DNA of 64,000 nucleotides from Azolla caroliniana (lineage: Eukaryota; Plantae; Polypodiophyta): the NCBI GenBank assembly GCA_043228905.1, contig JBHGNT010000007.1:3720001-3784000 (forward strand). The letters are read 5' to 3'. The position numbers and the translations under genes are program-made. The notes beneath the pieces were generated by a model. That model was not told the origin of the DNA. It saw nothing but the letters and a program-made list of their open reading frames with translations, and did not search any database. Shown here in pieces: positions 24,021 to 38,062 of this stretch (positions are counted from its first letter, which is position 1; each line of letters opens with the position of its first letter).

Positions 24021-26178
24021 GTGGAAATTTTATTGTTGAACTTGTTTGCTTACAAGAGATTATGTAGTTATGCTTGAACTGAATGCCCATGCTAACACAG
24101 AAGGCAATTTTCCACTATGATGGTATTTCTGCTTTTGAAGTTCTTCAAGCCATTTGTAAGAAGCAAAATGTCAAGAAGGCTATTCAAAGGATATTTTTCA
24201 TGCAGCAGGAAGGAATTCCTCCCCCAGAAGATTTTGTTTGCTCGCTTATTGAGAATTGCACAAGAAAGAGGGATATTATATCAGGTAAGAAACTGCAACT
24301 ACTATTACTAAAAGATGAACTCAATCCCCCTACATCTGTGGTGGGTGATCACCTTATATGTTTTTTTGCATTTTCTAATAATTTGCAAGATGCAAGCAAG
24401 GTTTTTTCTAGTATCTCTAAACCAAAAATTTACACATGGAATGCAATCATCACAGCACATTCAAACCTCAATAGTAATAAAGAAGCTCTTCAGTTATATG
24501 AGGAAATGCTAAATTCTGGTATAAAGCCAGATAAGTTTATGTTTCTTCCAGTGTTGAGAGTATGTTGTAGTGCAACCACCATCAGTAAGGGTAGATTAAT
24601 ACATGATCAGATCATTAGAACTGTCCTAGAGCTAGATGCATCTATCAGAAATGCTCTTATGAACATGTATATGAAATGTGGCAATATCAAAGAGGGTGAG
24701 AATTTATTTATCAGTTCACCAAATAGAGAGTTGGTATCGTAGGGGACTATGATTTCTGGGTATACCCAACATGGTTCTGGACTCGTGGCTCTTAAATGTT
24801 TTGAGAAAATACCAGTTGGGCTTGTCCTAAATACAGTGATATATTCTTGTGTGTTGAAAGCATGTGGAAGCATAGGTCCCCTTGTAGAAGGAAGGCTTGT
24901 TTATGATGAGATTCTAAGAAGTAAGCTTGAGTTGGATGTGGGTATGGGAAATCACCTTGTGGAGATGTATGTGAAATGTAGGAGCTTAGAAGAAGCGGTC
25001 CGGATGCTTGCAAGCTGGCCAAAGAGAGATATAGTTTCATGGGGCATATTAATTGCAGGATTTGCAGAATGTAAAAATGTTCCTGGTGCTCTGCAGTTGT
25101 TGGAAAAGATGTTCCAACAAAACGGTTTGAAGCCAGACCGAGTTATATTTATGTCCCTTTTCCAAGCTTGCAGTAATACAGAGACTGCTGAGCAAGGGAA
25201 AATCGTTCATGATTTAATGATTAAGAGTGAATTGAATTTGGATATTATGGTTGGAAGTACTCATGTTGATATGTATGCCAAATCCGAGAATTTAGATGAG
25301 GCATGTAATGTGCATAAAACCTTGCCTTATAGGGATGCTAGATCATGGGCTATACTAATTTCAGGATATTCCCAGCATGACTGTCCACACTTAGCTCTTG
25401 ACTGCTTTGAGAAAATGCCGAGGGATGGTATAGAGCCAGAGAGTCATGTGTTTTCATGTATTTTAAAATCTGTTGCATTGCAAAATGGAAGATTGCTACA
25501 CTTTCAGATCATAAAGCATGGGCTCAAAATGGATGCAATCGTTGGAGGCAGTCTCGTGGACATGTATGCGAAATGTGGGAATTTAGTGGAAGGGTGGTAT
25601 ACCTTGAACACCATACATCCTCAAGATGTTGCCTCATGGAATGTGTTAATTTCAGGTTATGCACAACATTGTGAGATTACATTAGCTCAAGAATGTCTTC
25701 AAGCAATGCAAGCTTAGGGTTTGAAGCCAGATAGCATAACTTACATTAGTATACTTGCAGCGTGTAGCCATGCGGGGACAGTGGAAGATGGTCATTGGTA
25801 CTTCACATCTATGGTGAGAGATCACATCACACCAAATGTAGAGCATTTCAATTGCATGATTGACCTTCTTGGTCGTTCTGGCTACTTAAATGACGCACTA
25901 AAGTTGTTGAGCTCGATGCCTATCATAATTAATACTACTGGATGGACATCTCTACTTGCTGCATGTAGACAATTTGGAAACTTGAACTTAGCTAAGGAAA
26001 ATGCTTTCATCAAATTATGCAACTAGATCCTGATAATGGTGCCGCTTTCATTCTGATTTCAAACTGCTATGCTGATTTTGGGTTGTGGGAGCATGTGGAG
26101 GAACTATGTGGCAGCAGTAATACCACATGGAAAAACAAAAAATCTTGGATAGAGGGTGATGATATATATCATATATGA
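24021..26178 (+). pseudogene. PLS-class PPR protein with E domain (RNA-editing factor type), pseudogene copy A
   Basis: PPR motifs (YTWNAIITAH, LVDMYAKCG, HFNCMIDLLGRSG) and E-domain (WTSLLAACR...AAFILISNCYA). In-frame TAG at 24740 and 25715, frameshift near 26000, acceptor TCTCAG at 24020, no DYW domain. Confidence 0.88.
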
Positions 26179-27111
26179 TCCAGTAAGGCATCTGTACCCC
26201 AACCATCGAGTTGGTTCATTGGATCCATCAATACCATTGTGTTTCATATTGTTTGGCTTAAAGTGGAACTTCTGAGTTGGAGAAATTGCTCAAGTAACAA
26301 AGATAGTCTCCATTTTTTTAATAGATCAGAAATTATGTGAAGTTTCAAATGAACCAGTTACCAATGATGCCCGTCTCTATGGTATGGAAGTTAAATGAAG
26401 CTTCTCTCTTGTAGGAATTATTACTCTAGATGACCACCATATGATGTATTGAGTTGAAGGATGACTGGAATTATCCTTATAGATGATAGTGAGGAATTGA
26501 TATTGGCAAACAAAAAATAGAGGCGTATTATTATGGTTCATGATCATGGTATATATCTGATCCACACAAGAAAGAGGGTACATTTCCAAACTCTAGTTAA
26601 CGTAGCGCAAATGGCTATGAAAAACAGCCTAACAAGACCTTTCTTTGGTGGCAGACATTTGTGCTTAAATGATGAAAATAAATGGGGAGGGCAGAAAAAT
26701 TATATGATGTAAAAGCCACCTAATACATTGTGCCACATATACATGCATATTAGATTTGAAACTAGGCAAACAACATGAACGTATAGTAAGAATTTACTTT
26801 TGCAAACTTTGAAAATTAAGAATTTCACATATTTTGGCACTATCATTGAGAGGGCCCTTATCTATGGAGGTGCTTGTGAAATGATGGAGATAAAGAGATT
26901 TAGGTATAATACCAAGCATAAGTGATAGATGGAGATGTACTAAGATTTCTTCCTTTCTTGATGACCTCACATTTATTGCATACCGCGTTGTATACACATA
27001 TAAAAATAACTGAAAAAGGTTTAGCTGCCTCTCCACCACACAACTCAATACACTCACTCTCAAACCAAACCAAACCGTATATGAAACACTTGTCTCTTCT
27101 ATGCACCAGCA

Positions 27112-27669
27112 ATGAAGATTTCCATGCTCCTCCTCCTCCTCCTCCTCCTCCTCCTCCTCGCCTCTTCTTCTTCTTCTTCTTCTTCTTCTTCTTCTTCTTC
27201 TGCTTCCTCTAAAATCTCCCCGACTGCCACCAAGTTCGAGACGTACACTATCTTCCGGGAGCCGGCTACCCCCGTGGCCTCCACCCAGAGCAGCAGCAGC
27301 AGTAGCAGCTCCGCCTCCGAGTACGCTGTCTGCGCCCCTAGCGCCGGCAAGGGTTGCTCCGGCAAGGTCATACGATGCCCGGCCGCCTGTACGGACAGCT
27401 ACTACGGCGACGGGGGAGAGGGAGACTACGCAAGCGGAGCTTTTAACGGGAGTAGGTGGCTATCTGGCGAAAGAGGGCACGGAAATAACGGGGGATACGC
27501 AAGCGGCGGTGGTGGATACGGAAGCGGCGGCGGCGGTGGAGGCGGAGGAGGAGGTGGAGGCGGCGGCGGCGGCGGCGGCGGCGGAGGAGGTGGCGGCGCA
27601 GCTGGCAACCAGCTCTTCGCTTGCTCCTACGCTTGCAACAGCGGCTGCACGGCTACCTGCGCCGCTTAA
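27112..27669 (+). CDS. Secreted glycine-rich protein with 8-Cys scaffold (185 aa), paralog of 15919-16635
   Basis: Signal peptide, near-identical Cys blocks, 77-aa Gly-rich loop. Confidence 0.88.
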   Translation: MKISMLLLLLLLLLLLASSSSSSSSSSSSSASSKISPTATKFETYTIFREPATPVASTQSSSSSSSSASEYAVCAPSAGKGCSGKVIRCPAACTDSYYGDGGEGDYASGAFNGSRWLSGERGHGNNGGYASGGGGYGSGGGGGGGGGGGGGGGGGGGGGGGGAAGNQLFACSYACNSGCTATCAA

Positions 27670-28625
27670 AAAGCAACCTCATTTTTATTCATGAATTAAT
27701 AATTGCAATAGTAGTCATTTCATTTGTATGCGTTTTGCTTCTGCTTCTTCTTCTTCTTTTATGATGTTTAGGCCCCCAATGGGTTGTTATTATCATCATC
27801 ATCATCATTATTATTATTATTGTAACTCCTTTTGTCTTTTTCGTTTTGCAATGAATATTTTCAATCATTCTAATGTTAACGACTCAGAACTCGGTCTTCT
27901 CCATCCATGTCTATGTGTGTGTGTGTGTGTTATTCGTAAATTGTCTTACCTATTTGTCTCTCTCTATTTGTGCCTACTGTTTTTTGGGGTTTGTATGACT
28001 CTTTCGTCACACACACTTCAACACATGTTACAATTGGCTCTTTTGTCACATACACACTTCACAATACTCTCGCCATAGTTGGACGCATGCCACCCTTTTT
28101 GTCATTTGTTTTGGAACAAGGCCATGCCAAAAGGTATAACGTAATCCGGTGTTGCAGTATTCCGTGTGCACGTGTTAGAGCGGGTCGGACCATGGGGGTC
28201 TCGGACCAAGGAGTCGGAAAGGAATAAGGGAGGCTCTTGTTACGGTTCGGTGAGTTTCTTCGGATCGGTCCGGATAGCAATGCCGGTTCAGGTCCATCGG
28301 GAAGTCGAGAAGTAGCGGCAAGCGCACGGGCTTGCGGATTCGGGTGTGCACGCAACAAGGGTCGGAACGGGACTTAAGATGCGAGCTTGGGCACAGTTAA
28401 CACGCAACAAGTAAGAACAACACAGAAACCCCAACATGAGAGGGAACTCAATCGACAAGTGATTAGCAGAGAACCATTGAGTACAATTGGGCACGGCCGG
28501 TGACAAAGCCAAGCGCTCACGAGAGACACTCGCACACACTCACACACAAGGAAACGGGATGGAGAACCTTTAATTGAGAGCTCACGGGTTTCCTGTGCGA
28601 GCAGAGGTTTCCTTCTAGAACCGGG

Positions 28626-28676
<51 letters not shown>

Positions 28677-28680
<4 letters not shown>

Positions 28681-28818
28681 AGATGGATGTAGCTCAGTTG
28701 GTAAGGTTGTCCAATGGAGACCAGGTGGTCATGGGTTCAACCCCTGCATTCCACAATGGCATCTAGTGAATTATGAGATATATAAAAAGTATATAATAGA
28801 GAGGTGAGGAAGTTGGGT
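28677..28818 (+). mobile_element. tRNA-derived short element (partial copy) next to (GA)n
   Basis: A box TAGCTCAGTTGG, B box GGTTCAACCCC; homologous to reverse copies at 53344-53537 and 61347-61558. Confidence 0.75.
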
Positions 28819-29066
28819 GAATAGAGAGACAGAGACCGTGGATAGAGCCGACAACCACCACAAGCAGAGACCTGACAGGAGGCTGACGGAAAAGAAAGAA
28901 GAAAGGAAGAAGGAGAGAGAAGAAGAACAAAAGGATACATCAATACAACAAGAAGAAGAGGATGGCGTCAACGAGAGATCTAAGAAAGATACATAGAAGA
29001 AACAGATAGAGAAGCGAGCGAGATAGAAGTAAGAGAGAGGAGGGGAATAATAATAATAATAATAAT

Positions 29067-32000
29067 TGTAAAGAATCAAAAGATGGATTCTTGTGAAGCG
29101 GAATAGGTGTGAACTATGTGTGTGTATGAGTGAGAGAGAGAGACAAGGAGTAAGACAGAGTATACGCAAGGTAGTAGATTATATTAACAAAGGAGAAAGA
29201 CTCAACACTATACAAGGTGGGAGGAGGGTGCTTTATATAGTCACCCTCTCTCTTCATTAACTACAAGATTCATGGAGCATGGGGAATGTGAAAGCTCATA
29301 AGTTATGTGTCATAGAATATGATTCTATGACTCATACTAAATGCTAGAATACAAAGTGGTGACATAGTGGTGACTCTTGAACGTTGGAGTGTCTATTCAC
29401 TCTCAAGGTGAGTTCACACACTAGACCAAGTTGAGCTTGATTCTCAACACGCCCCCTCAAGCTCAAGTCTGGTCGGTTTCAGACGGTATCCAAAATACGC
29501 TTCGACTCGCATTCCGGAATCCACGTCGATTCACATTTATGCGGAGTTGCGGAATCTGTGCATTAGCTTGCATTGTGCGTAGTTGTGAAGTCTGTGCTTC
29601 AGCTTGCGTCTTGCATTGTGCGTAGTGTCTTGTGTACTCCCCCTCAAGCTTGGTAGGTCAGGAATCGTCAATCCGAGATCGGTCATGAATTGCCATAGCT
29701 TGTCGGCTCCTAAAGCTTTAGTGAAGATGTCGGTCGTTTGAAGATTGGTGCTAATATGTTGTTGGTCAACATCGCCAGGTAGAACGCGCTCTCGGATGAA
29801 GTGATAGTGCACTTTGATATGCTTTGTCCAAGCGTGGAACACCGAGTTCCGAGCCAAATAAATACTGCTCATGTTATCGCAGTAAAGGGGAATCAGATCC
29901 TTGATGGCAACGCCCAAATCCTTCAAAATCCTCTTGAGCCATACGGCTTCACATGCAGCTACGGCTGCGCCCCTGTATTCCGCCTCCGTACTCGAAAGAG
30001 CGATGGTAGGCTGCTTCTTGCTACTCCAGGATATTGCTCCGCTGCTGAGGGAGAAAACAAATCCGGAGGTTGATCTTCTATCGGCTTTGTAGCCGGCCCA
30101 ATCGGCGTCTGTGTACCCCTCGAGTCGTATTGGCATCGCGGTCTTGTAGAGGATGTTGCAATCCATTGTGCCGCTCACATATCGTAGAACTCGCTTAACG
30201 CAATCCAAGTGAGTATCACGCGGTGTTTGCATGAATTGACTAAGGAGACCGACCGGATAATATTGGGTCGAGTGATCGTGAGGTAGATGAGACTCCCGAT
30301 GAGTTGCCGATACTGAGTCGGCTCACACACTTTGGTGTCGGAGTTCGCATCTAGTTTGAGATTGTGATCGAGCGGGGTTGTTGCGGATTTGCACTCAGCC
30401 ATCCCAAACTTGTATACCAAGTTGAGGATGTAATGTCGTTGACAGATCATGATTCCGGTTGGAGTCCGAATTACCTCGATGCCGAGGAAGTAGAGGAGCT
30501 CCTTCATGTCCGTCATCTCAAACTTGTCGGAAAGGAGGGAATTGACTTTATTGATTTCGACGAGATGCTCACCTCCAATGACTAGGTCATCCACATATAA
30601 GATGATGACAATAGGACTTGCGGAATCACTTCGTATGTAGAGGGAGTTGTCCGATTTTGACATACGGAAGCCAATTTGATGAAGATAGTGCGTTATCTTC
30701 GAATGCCAAGCACGCGGTGCTTGCTTGAGGCCGTAGAGGGGCTTCTTTAGTCGGCATACAGCTTTCGGATGGGTGCTGGAGTTGAAGCCAGGTGGTTGTA
30801 TCATGTACACCTCTTCTAATTCGCCTTGTAGAAAGGCGTTCTTGACGTCCATTTGATGGAGGTGCCACCCTTTCGTCGTGGCAAGCACAATTACGGTCCG
30901 CACCGTCGTCATCTTTGCCACCAGGGCAAAGGTCTGCTCGTAGTCAACTCCGTGAGTTTGGGCATAACCTTTCGCTACAAGTCACGCTTTGTAGCGGTTG
31001 ACGGAACCGTCAGCGTTGTACTTCACTTTGTAAATCCATCTGCATCCGATCGCCTTTTTGTGTTGTGAGGTGGGAACGAGATCCCACGTCTCGTTCTTGC
31101 GTAGTGCCTGCATCTCCTCGTTCATGGCTTCAATCCATCGCGGATCCTTGGCTGCTTCGGAAAATGTTTCTGGCTCGCGTATTGTCACCACCTTCATCAT
31201 AAAGGCATAGTGATATGCCATGTAGTCGTTGTAGCCGAATCGGCTGACCGGATTCTTTTCACGGGTGGAGCAATGAAGCTTTTCATTTGCAGAGATGAGG
31301 GCTTTCTTAGCTCGATTTGTACATCGAAGCCGCCGAACTCACTGTCGAGTGAGTGAGTCGACTCATCGTCGTCAAAGCGATCGCCTGCGTATTCCGCCAT
31401 TTTCGCCTTGCCTTTGTCCATCTTCGGGCTAGGCCGTGATGTGCTTTGATCGCTCAAAGGCTCTTGTGGTCCGCTCAGTCGGGTCGTGATCGGAATTTCT
31501 TCGAACATGCGCGTAAGGTGATCTTCATCCTCTATCTCTTGTTCGGCAGATTCCGGGTCGAGTGGAGTGGGAGTTGGAGTTGTCGCTGGTGCGTACCAGG
31601 ATGCGGACTCGTCGAAAACGACGTCTCGACTTACACGAGATTTTCGAGTTGAGGGGTTGTAGCACTTGTACCCCTTTTGCTCCAATGAGTATCCTACGAG
31701 CATACATTTCTCTGACTTCGGATCGAGCTTTTGATGCTTCTCGTCGGGGATGTGCACGTACGCAATGGAGCCGAATATCTGAACATGTGATAGGTTCGGC
31801 TTCTTTCCGAAGAATCTTTCGTGCGGAGTGACCTCGTGCACGCTGGATGTTGTTCACCGGTTCATTAGGTAGACGGCCGTATTTGCAGCTTTGGCCCAAT
31901 AAGACTTGGGCATATGCTTCTCATTCATCATTTCCCACGCTACTTCGAGGATGTGCCGATTTTTGCGCTCGGCTACTCCGTTTTGTTGCGGAGTGTGTCG

Positions 32001-34102
32001 ACAAGTGAATTCTCGCCGAATTCCTTCCTTTCGGAGATACGCCGTGACATCGTCCGAGAAGTACTCCTTGCCGCCATCCGATCGAAGACAACGTACATGT
32101 CGGCCCGTGGCTTTCTCGACTTCATTCTTGAATGTTTCGAAGTGTTCAAACACTCTTTTGCCGCATCGGGTAGATCCAAGTGTGCCTAGAGAAGTTGTCA
32201 ATGAAGAGCACGTAATATCAGCATCCACCGAATGTAGCCATTTGCGTCGGTCCCCATACGTCAGAATGGACTACGTCAAGTAGACCTTTGCTCACGTTCC
32301 ACTCTTTTGGGAATGGGTGTCGGTGTTGCTTGCCGAATTGGCACGCTTCGCATACACCTTCAATCTCCTTCTCTTTGATTGTTGGGAGTCTGATGACGAC
32401 TCCTTTCGATTTCATTGCTTTGAGCTTTTGGAGATTTATATGGCCAATCCGCTTGTGCCATAACTCTATGTCGGAGTCGGCTTTCATGCCCTTTGCGAAC
32501 ATGGCCGATTTCATCTCGTACGAGTCGAGAATGAACATTCGGCCCTCTCTTCGTCCCTGTGCGATGAGTCGGCCCTCTTTTTCGATGAAGCAACCGCCTT
32601 GATTAAATCAAACTTGCATCCCTTGCTCTACAATTTGGCCGACGGAGACCAAATTCTTCGTAATGGTCGGTACATGCAAGACATTTTTAATGTAATTTTT
32701 CTTACCTTCTTTTCCGAATGGAACATTGCCGATGTGCCGAATCGGGTGCGTAGTGTTGTCTCCGGTTTCAACATAGCCGGGTCGGTCCGGCTCTCGAAGT
32801 TCTCGGAACCATTCTTGATGTGATGTCATATGGTTCGAGGCACCGGAATCGACGAAGCATACGTCTTCCAGACCAGAGGCACTAGTTGAGGTAGAGGCCG
32901 ACATAGAGTTTGCTCTATGTTTCATCATGAACATTCCGCCACGGTCGGAGTTGTGCGCATACATTCCGCCACGATCTTCGTAGTCGGAGTTGTGCCCGTA
33001 ATTTGTGAGTTGTCGGCTTGTGGAAGCCGTTTTGCGCATCTTCTTTCGGCACTCTTCTTCGTGGTGGCTGAGCTTTCCTCAATATCCGCATTCGGTTGCG
33101 TTTTGACGGCTCGGGCCGGAGTGGAAGCTCCCCCTTCTTGTGAAGGTTCCTCGTTAGCTTCCGTTTTGTGGTCGAAATTGGGAGTTGTTGTCGTAGGTCG
33201 GACCTCGTCCGACTTGTCCTTGGCCGAATCGGCCTCTCGCTCGTCCGCGTCCTCTTCCTCCATTCGAGTGCGTGTAGAGCATGTGACCTTCCGACTCATT
33301 GCTCCTTGTACGCACGTGGTTTTCTTCGACCAATAGCATTGATTGGAGCTCAAAGAAGGAGGGAGATTTCTTCCTTGCTAGAACGGCAGTTCGCATCGTG
33401 TCGAACCGTGGTGCGAGGCCACCGAGGCACATTTGCACCATCTCATCATCATCGATACTTACGCTTATTGAGCCGAGCGAGTCGCAAAGCTCCTTGATCT
33501 TCAAGGTGTATGTCGTGATGGACATGTCCCTTTGTTGAATGTTGTTCAACTCTTGGCGGAGGTGAAGATTCCTCACGGTCGTGTTGGCGGCGAAAATCTT
33601 TCGTAGATTTTCCCACGCTTCCTTTGGTGTCTTGGCTTCTCGAATGTAACCAAGCATGTGCTCGTGAACACATGTCGCCAAACAATCCATCATGCGGCTT
33701 GCGGCTTGATCCCATGTTGCATATTCGGGAGCCGTGTCGACGGGTCGGTCTTCGTGCGCTCCTTTGATGTAGCTCCAATAGCCTTGTCTGACAAGGTATT
33801 GGTGCATCTTGTACTCCCAAGATGCGAAGTTGTTTCGATCCAACTTCTCGGTAAGGAGAGCGCTCCCCATTTGAGTATTCATTATGTAGATTCTTCTTCT
33901 TCTTCTTCTCTCTTCGAATGCGAGCTATGTAGCGAAGCTACGATAGCGATGAGCCGGTTCTTGGTCGTCGGCGTGGAGCACAACACACGATCACAATGAG
34001 GAGAATGGGCTAGATCGAACTACCAAATCGCTCTGATACCATGTAAAGAATCAAAAGATGGATTCTTGTGAAGCGGAATAGGTGTGAACTATGTGTGTGT
34101 AT

Positions 34103-34155
<53 letters not shown>

Positions 34156-34455
34156 AGTAAGACATAGAGTATACGCAAGGTAGATTATATTAACAAAGGA
34201 GAAAGACTCAACACTATACAAGGTGGGAGGAGGGTGCTTTATATAGTCACCCTCTCTCTTCATTAACTACAAGATTCATGGAGCATGGGGAATGTGAAAG
34301 CTCATAAGTTATGTGTCATAGAATATAATTCTATGACTCATACTAAATGCTAGAATACAAAGTGGTGACATAGTGGTGACTCTTGACTGTTGGAGTGTCT
34401 ATTCACTCTCAAGGTGAGTTCACACACTAGACCAAGTTGAGCTTGATTCTCAACA
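29067..34455 (-). mobile_element. Full-length but decayed Ty1/Copia element
   Basis: LTRs 29067-29449 and 34042-34455 (differ mainly in (GA)n length). TSD ATAAT, PBS TGGTATCAGAGC (34030-34041), PPT at 29450-29463; gag-PR-INT-RT-RH fragmented by stops and frameshifts. Confidence 0.93.
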
Positions 34456-36107
34456 ATAATAAATAAATCAATAAAAAGAAAGGACAAGAGAGAATGATAG
34501 GGGTATCAAACATAATTATAAAAACATGATGGTACATAATACAAATTTCAAAATCAAAGGGCATTGTCATTAGTTTAGAAAATTTGAGGCTACAATACCT
34601 AAATTTAAAAACTCATCGACCTAAAGAAAAGGACGTGATGAACCACGACAATTCACACAAAATTAAAGGAAGGACACACATACACACAACGTGCTTTTGG
34701 ACCCATAATGAAGTTCGTGAACCAACAAAACGGGAATGTTTGTGTCGATGAAGTCGTTGTCCGAAGGAGATGTTCGAGTCAAGCGCTCCGATCTAGGGAG
34801 TCGATCATTGAGACGACCGATGGAAATTCCGGTTGAAGAAAGATTATGATTAAGGCATGTGGGATCGACGTGCAAGGCACTCTCTCACGGGTGTGCCATA
34901 TTGTGTTACCGTATGAGATGTACGGGTGATTGATAAGTGAGGGTGAAAGATGCAATGTGTTGATATGTATGTGTAACGTTATACGATTATGTGTGAATGT
35001 AAGTGTGAGTGTGGTTGATACAAAGAGGTGTGAGTGAGTGACTAGGTGTGAATGCCAAGGGGGCTTGCACCCTTTTGTACCTATTTAACCCCTTATGGGG
35101 AATGAATGAAGAATGATCATTTCTCTCTCTCCCTCTCTCTCTTTGACATCCTTCTCTTTCTCTTTCTCTTCCTTTACGTTGAAATAGAGCCATTCTAGGC
35201 ACCACCCCCCAACCTGTAATGCTTCTCAATGCACACCCCGCAATCATCATCAATCATCATCATTATCATAAATATTAACCCTACGTTCTCATCCCGATCA
35301 TAGCCACAATGATGGTGAGAATGTAGGGCTTGACCCACTTCATGTGAGGTCACTCCTAGGACACACATATCCAACATCCCCCCCTCATTACATGGATACG
35401 AGGCCACCATGAGATCATTCTTACGAAAGGCATTCGTAATGACGTAACCATGTGATGGGCCACGTGAGCCTACCACGAAAAGAGGGCTCATTTGGCTTGA
35501 CCATTAGGTTGCACTTTGGCGTATACCATGGTAATTATGAGACTTGAGGTTAGGTAACATACCAACATAGTTTGTGGTAAACGAGGCGGAAATAAGGACT
35601 CTTGACATATATGTTTACTTTTTAAACAAAAGATATATGAGCAAATACCCCGCATATCTCTTATACGCATAAAATATTAAACATTCAACACGAGCAACCT
35701 ATTTGGTTAGCTCAAGTGTTTAATGCATTTGTTCTCGAGTTCTCGAGTTCAAATATGACCAAGACCATACAACATTATTGATACATATGACTATAATACA
35801 TGTTTAGACTTTAGGTCTAAGTGCACTTCGGAGTCCTCGTAATAGGACTTAAAGAGCCGAAACCACATACGTGGGCACAGAAACATAGTTTACTGTTAAC
35901 ATTTTTTTCTTGTATAAACTATTCATGATGCGAACAGGTTGAGCCTTCGGCAACCGCCATGAAAAAAATCGATATAGAGATCAGGGAAATACACCCCCAT
36001 GGTTTTTAAAACACCTTTGTGCTACCATAGCAACCTGATCTTGAATCTCATCTCATACGTTTAGAGGGGTATTGGCGTGAGATCATGATATCGAGAATAA
36101 CGACCCG

Positions 36108-36690
36108 ATGTCATCCGCTCAAGTGGAAGGAACTCAAGGAAATCCTCCTGGAGCAATCTCCATTGAGTCGTATTTCTTACAAATACAAAATTTCCTTAGT
36201 TCAATCGAAGAAGCAATCTGCACGTGGCTAGGCCGATGGGAGTCTCATTTTGAGCTCTATCCCATGCCAGATAGTACGAAGATTGCATATGTCGACCAAG
36301 AACTAGGGGGTAAGACCGCTGCTTGGTGGCGTGGGCTCCGAACTTTGGGGAAATTGCCCGATACCTCGACATTTTTTGTCACAGTTTTTAAGGGCCAATT
36401 TCTACAACCTCCCTCTCAAACCGAGGCAGCACAAGCTTTAATGAACCTCTCTAGCAGGAAGTTTTCCTCGCTAGAAGACTATGTCCACCATGCTAGAACC
36501 CAAATCCAAAAATCGGATCTAGAAGGGGACAATTGGTTAATAGCTTGTTTTGTTAATGGCATCCCCAATTCGGACTATCACGGGATAGTGCACGATAATG
36601 ATCCAAAATCCTTTGAAGAGACCGTTGAAATAGTTCTTCGCTATCAACGCACTTCGAAGGACCATAACAAACCCAACGATGCGCTCAGGA
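36108..36690 (+). pseudogene. Ty3/Gypsy gag fragment
   Basis: Retrotransposon gag pattern ELGGKTAAWW...FKGQF...SLEDY...FVNGI...PKSFEETV; truncated by the next element. Confidence 0.7.
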
Positions 36691-38062
36691 TCGGCGGATG
36701 ATCGGAGCAGTGAAGTGTCGGTATCGGCGGATGATCGGCGAGCATGGAAGGCTATGCCTTGAGAACCGGGGGAGGTGCGTGGAGAGCAACGGGCTACATG
36801 CCAGGAAGAGGAAGCACGGCGTCCCAGAAGGCATGCGAGGCCAAGCGGGCCAAGAGGACGAGAGTCGGGATGAAGCGGTAACGGGAGTCGCGAAGGACAC
36901 TGACATGGTGGTCGGGATGACGGTATGCTCTACGGCGAGAGAGCATGGCGAGCGAGGGGGAAGCGAGGAGCGCGTAATGAGGTCGCCGAGGGACCGAAGA
37001 ACAAGCGCATGTTCGGGAGACAACAAGGGCACACGGAAAGAGCCTACGGAAGGTGAGCGCGGAACGGAGGGAATCGGCACGAGGTGTTCGAGACGAAGAG
37101 AGGATCGAGCCAGAGATAGAACATAAGCGGTACGCGAGGGGCGAAATCCGGCGAGCAAACGGGGTGACCGAGGGCCTAATCAGAGGACCTACGTGGCGGA
37201 CAAAGTAAGAGTGACCGGATCGGCAATGGCGTTCGGGAGGACCGACCGGGAGGAAGGCGCGTGCGGTGGATATGGCAGTTCGGATGGAGTCGATGTTTCG
37301 GGGACACACGGTGGACGTGGTGGATTGGTTGGAGTCGTCGGCTCGAGGACGTGCGACGGATACGGTGGAACGGGATGCTACGATGGTTCGTGTGGAAGGG
37401 ACAGGCATGCTCGAAATGGAAATGAAGCTGAGCAAGGCCAACGAGGACACGGCGGACCTCGGTTTTATCGCCATGGCCGAAAAATCTCACCTCTTCTCCT
37501 TTCTTGGCACATACCAATGGATGTGCGGTTTGGTGGGGGCGGATGTCGTGAAGATTTTCGTCCATAGGCGGAAACCGGGGTGGAATAGGCAAATCGGTGG
37601 TGTGCACCATGTGCACAAGTATACTAAGAAATGGTGTATAGAAATAAGAGGGAAAATGCTATCCCACATTGTACGGTCCCTCCCTCCTTGGGCTATAAAA
37701 GGAAGGGAGGGGTCACTTATGAGGGGTTGCCTATTTTTGAGGGAGAAAGGCATACCACTTAGCTCGAGGGTTTCCTATTTGGTTTTAGGGTTTCGGTTAG
37801 GGTTTTCTTCTTGGGTTTTCCTTTAGGTTTTTTGATATAGTCGTTTGGTGCGGCCATGGCGGCCACCATTGTAAAGCGTTTGTGTTTCCTTAAGCTAACT
37901 TGTTGAGCATCTTGCCCGTCTATTCTACGTTATTGTCTTATTCTTTCTCAACTCCTCTTGAGCTAAGCTTCCATTTTGTGTCTTATTCTTTCTCCTCCAC
38001 TCCCTAGTCCAAGACCCCCGTGGTCCCGCCCCTTCTACACGCAAGCGCGTAACAACGCGACA
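36690..38062 (+). mobile_element. 3' part and 3' LTR (37544-38062) of a Gypsy element related to 272-6432
   Basis: Same pre-LTR motif GGATG(T/C)GCGGTTTGGTGGGGG and same LTR termini TGTCGTGAAG / GTCCAAGACCCCCGTGG...CGCGACA, with a divergent LTR middle. Confidence 0.8.

Larger units (their letters stand above)
14817..28040 (+). repeat. Segmental duplication block A (GRP-PPR-GRP)
   Basis: Promoter, 3' UTR, intergenic, intron and PPR sequence are collinear with 53925-59745. Confidence 0.9.

Noticed and set aside
24740-25717. PPR stop codons repaired by U-to-C editing or readthrough
   Set aside because: U-to-C editing acts on organellar RNA. The paralog has CAG at the second site and the first replaces a conserved Trp (TGG), so these are ordinary mutations.
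28110-28628. Probable LTR fragments (also ~34900-35390 with PPT-like TCCCCCCCTC, and 1-271)
   Set aside because: No partner repeat, TSD or coding sequence in the window to define them.
28686-28760. Functional tRNA gene (also 53465-53537, 61485-61550)
   Set aside because: A/B boxes are present, but there is no convincing acceptor stem or cloverleaf, and homology extends far beyond tRNA length in three copies; treated as a repeat.
36685-37826. Env-like or extra gene in the GC-rich 3' region of the second Gypsy
   Set aside because: Overlapping ORFs on both strands as expected for GC-rich DNA; no signal peptide, transmembrane pattern or domain recognised.
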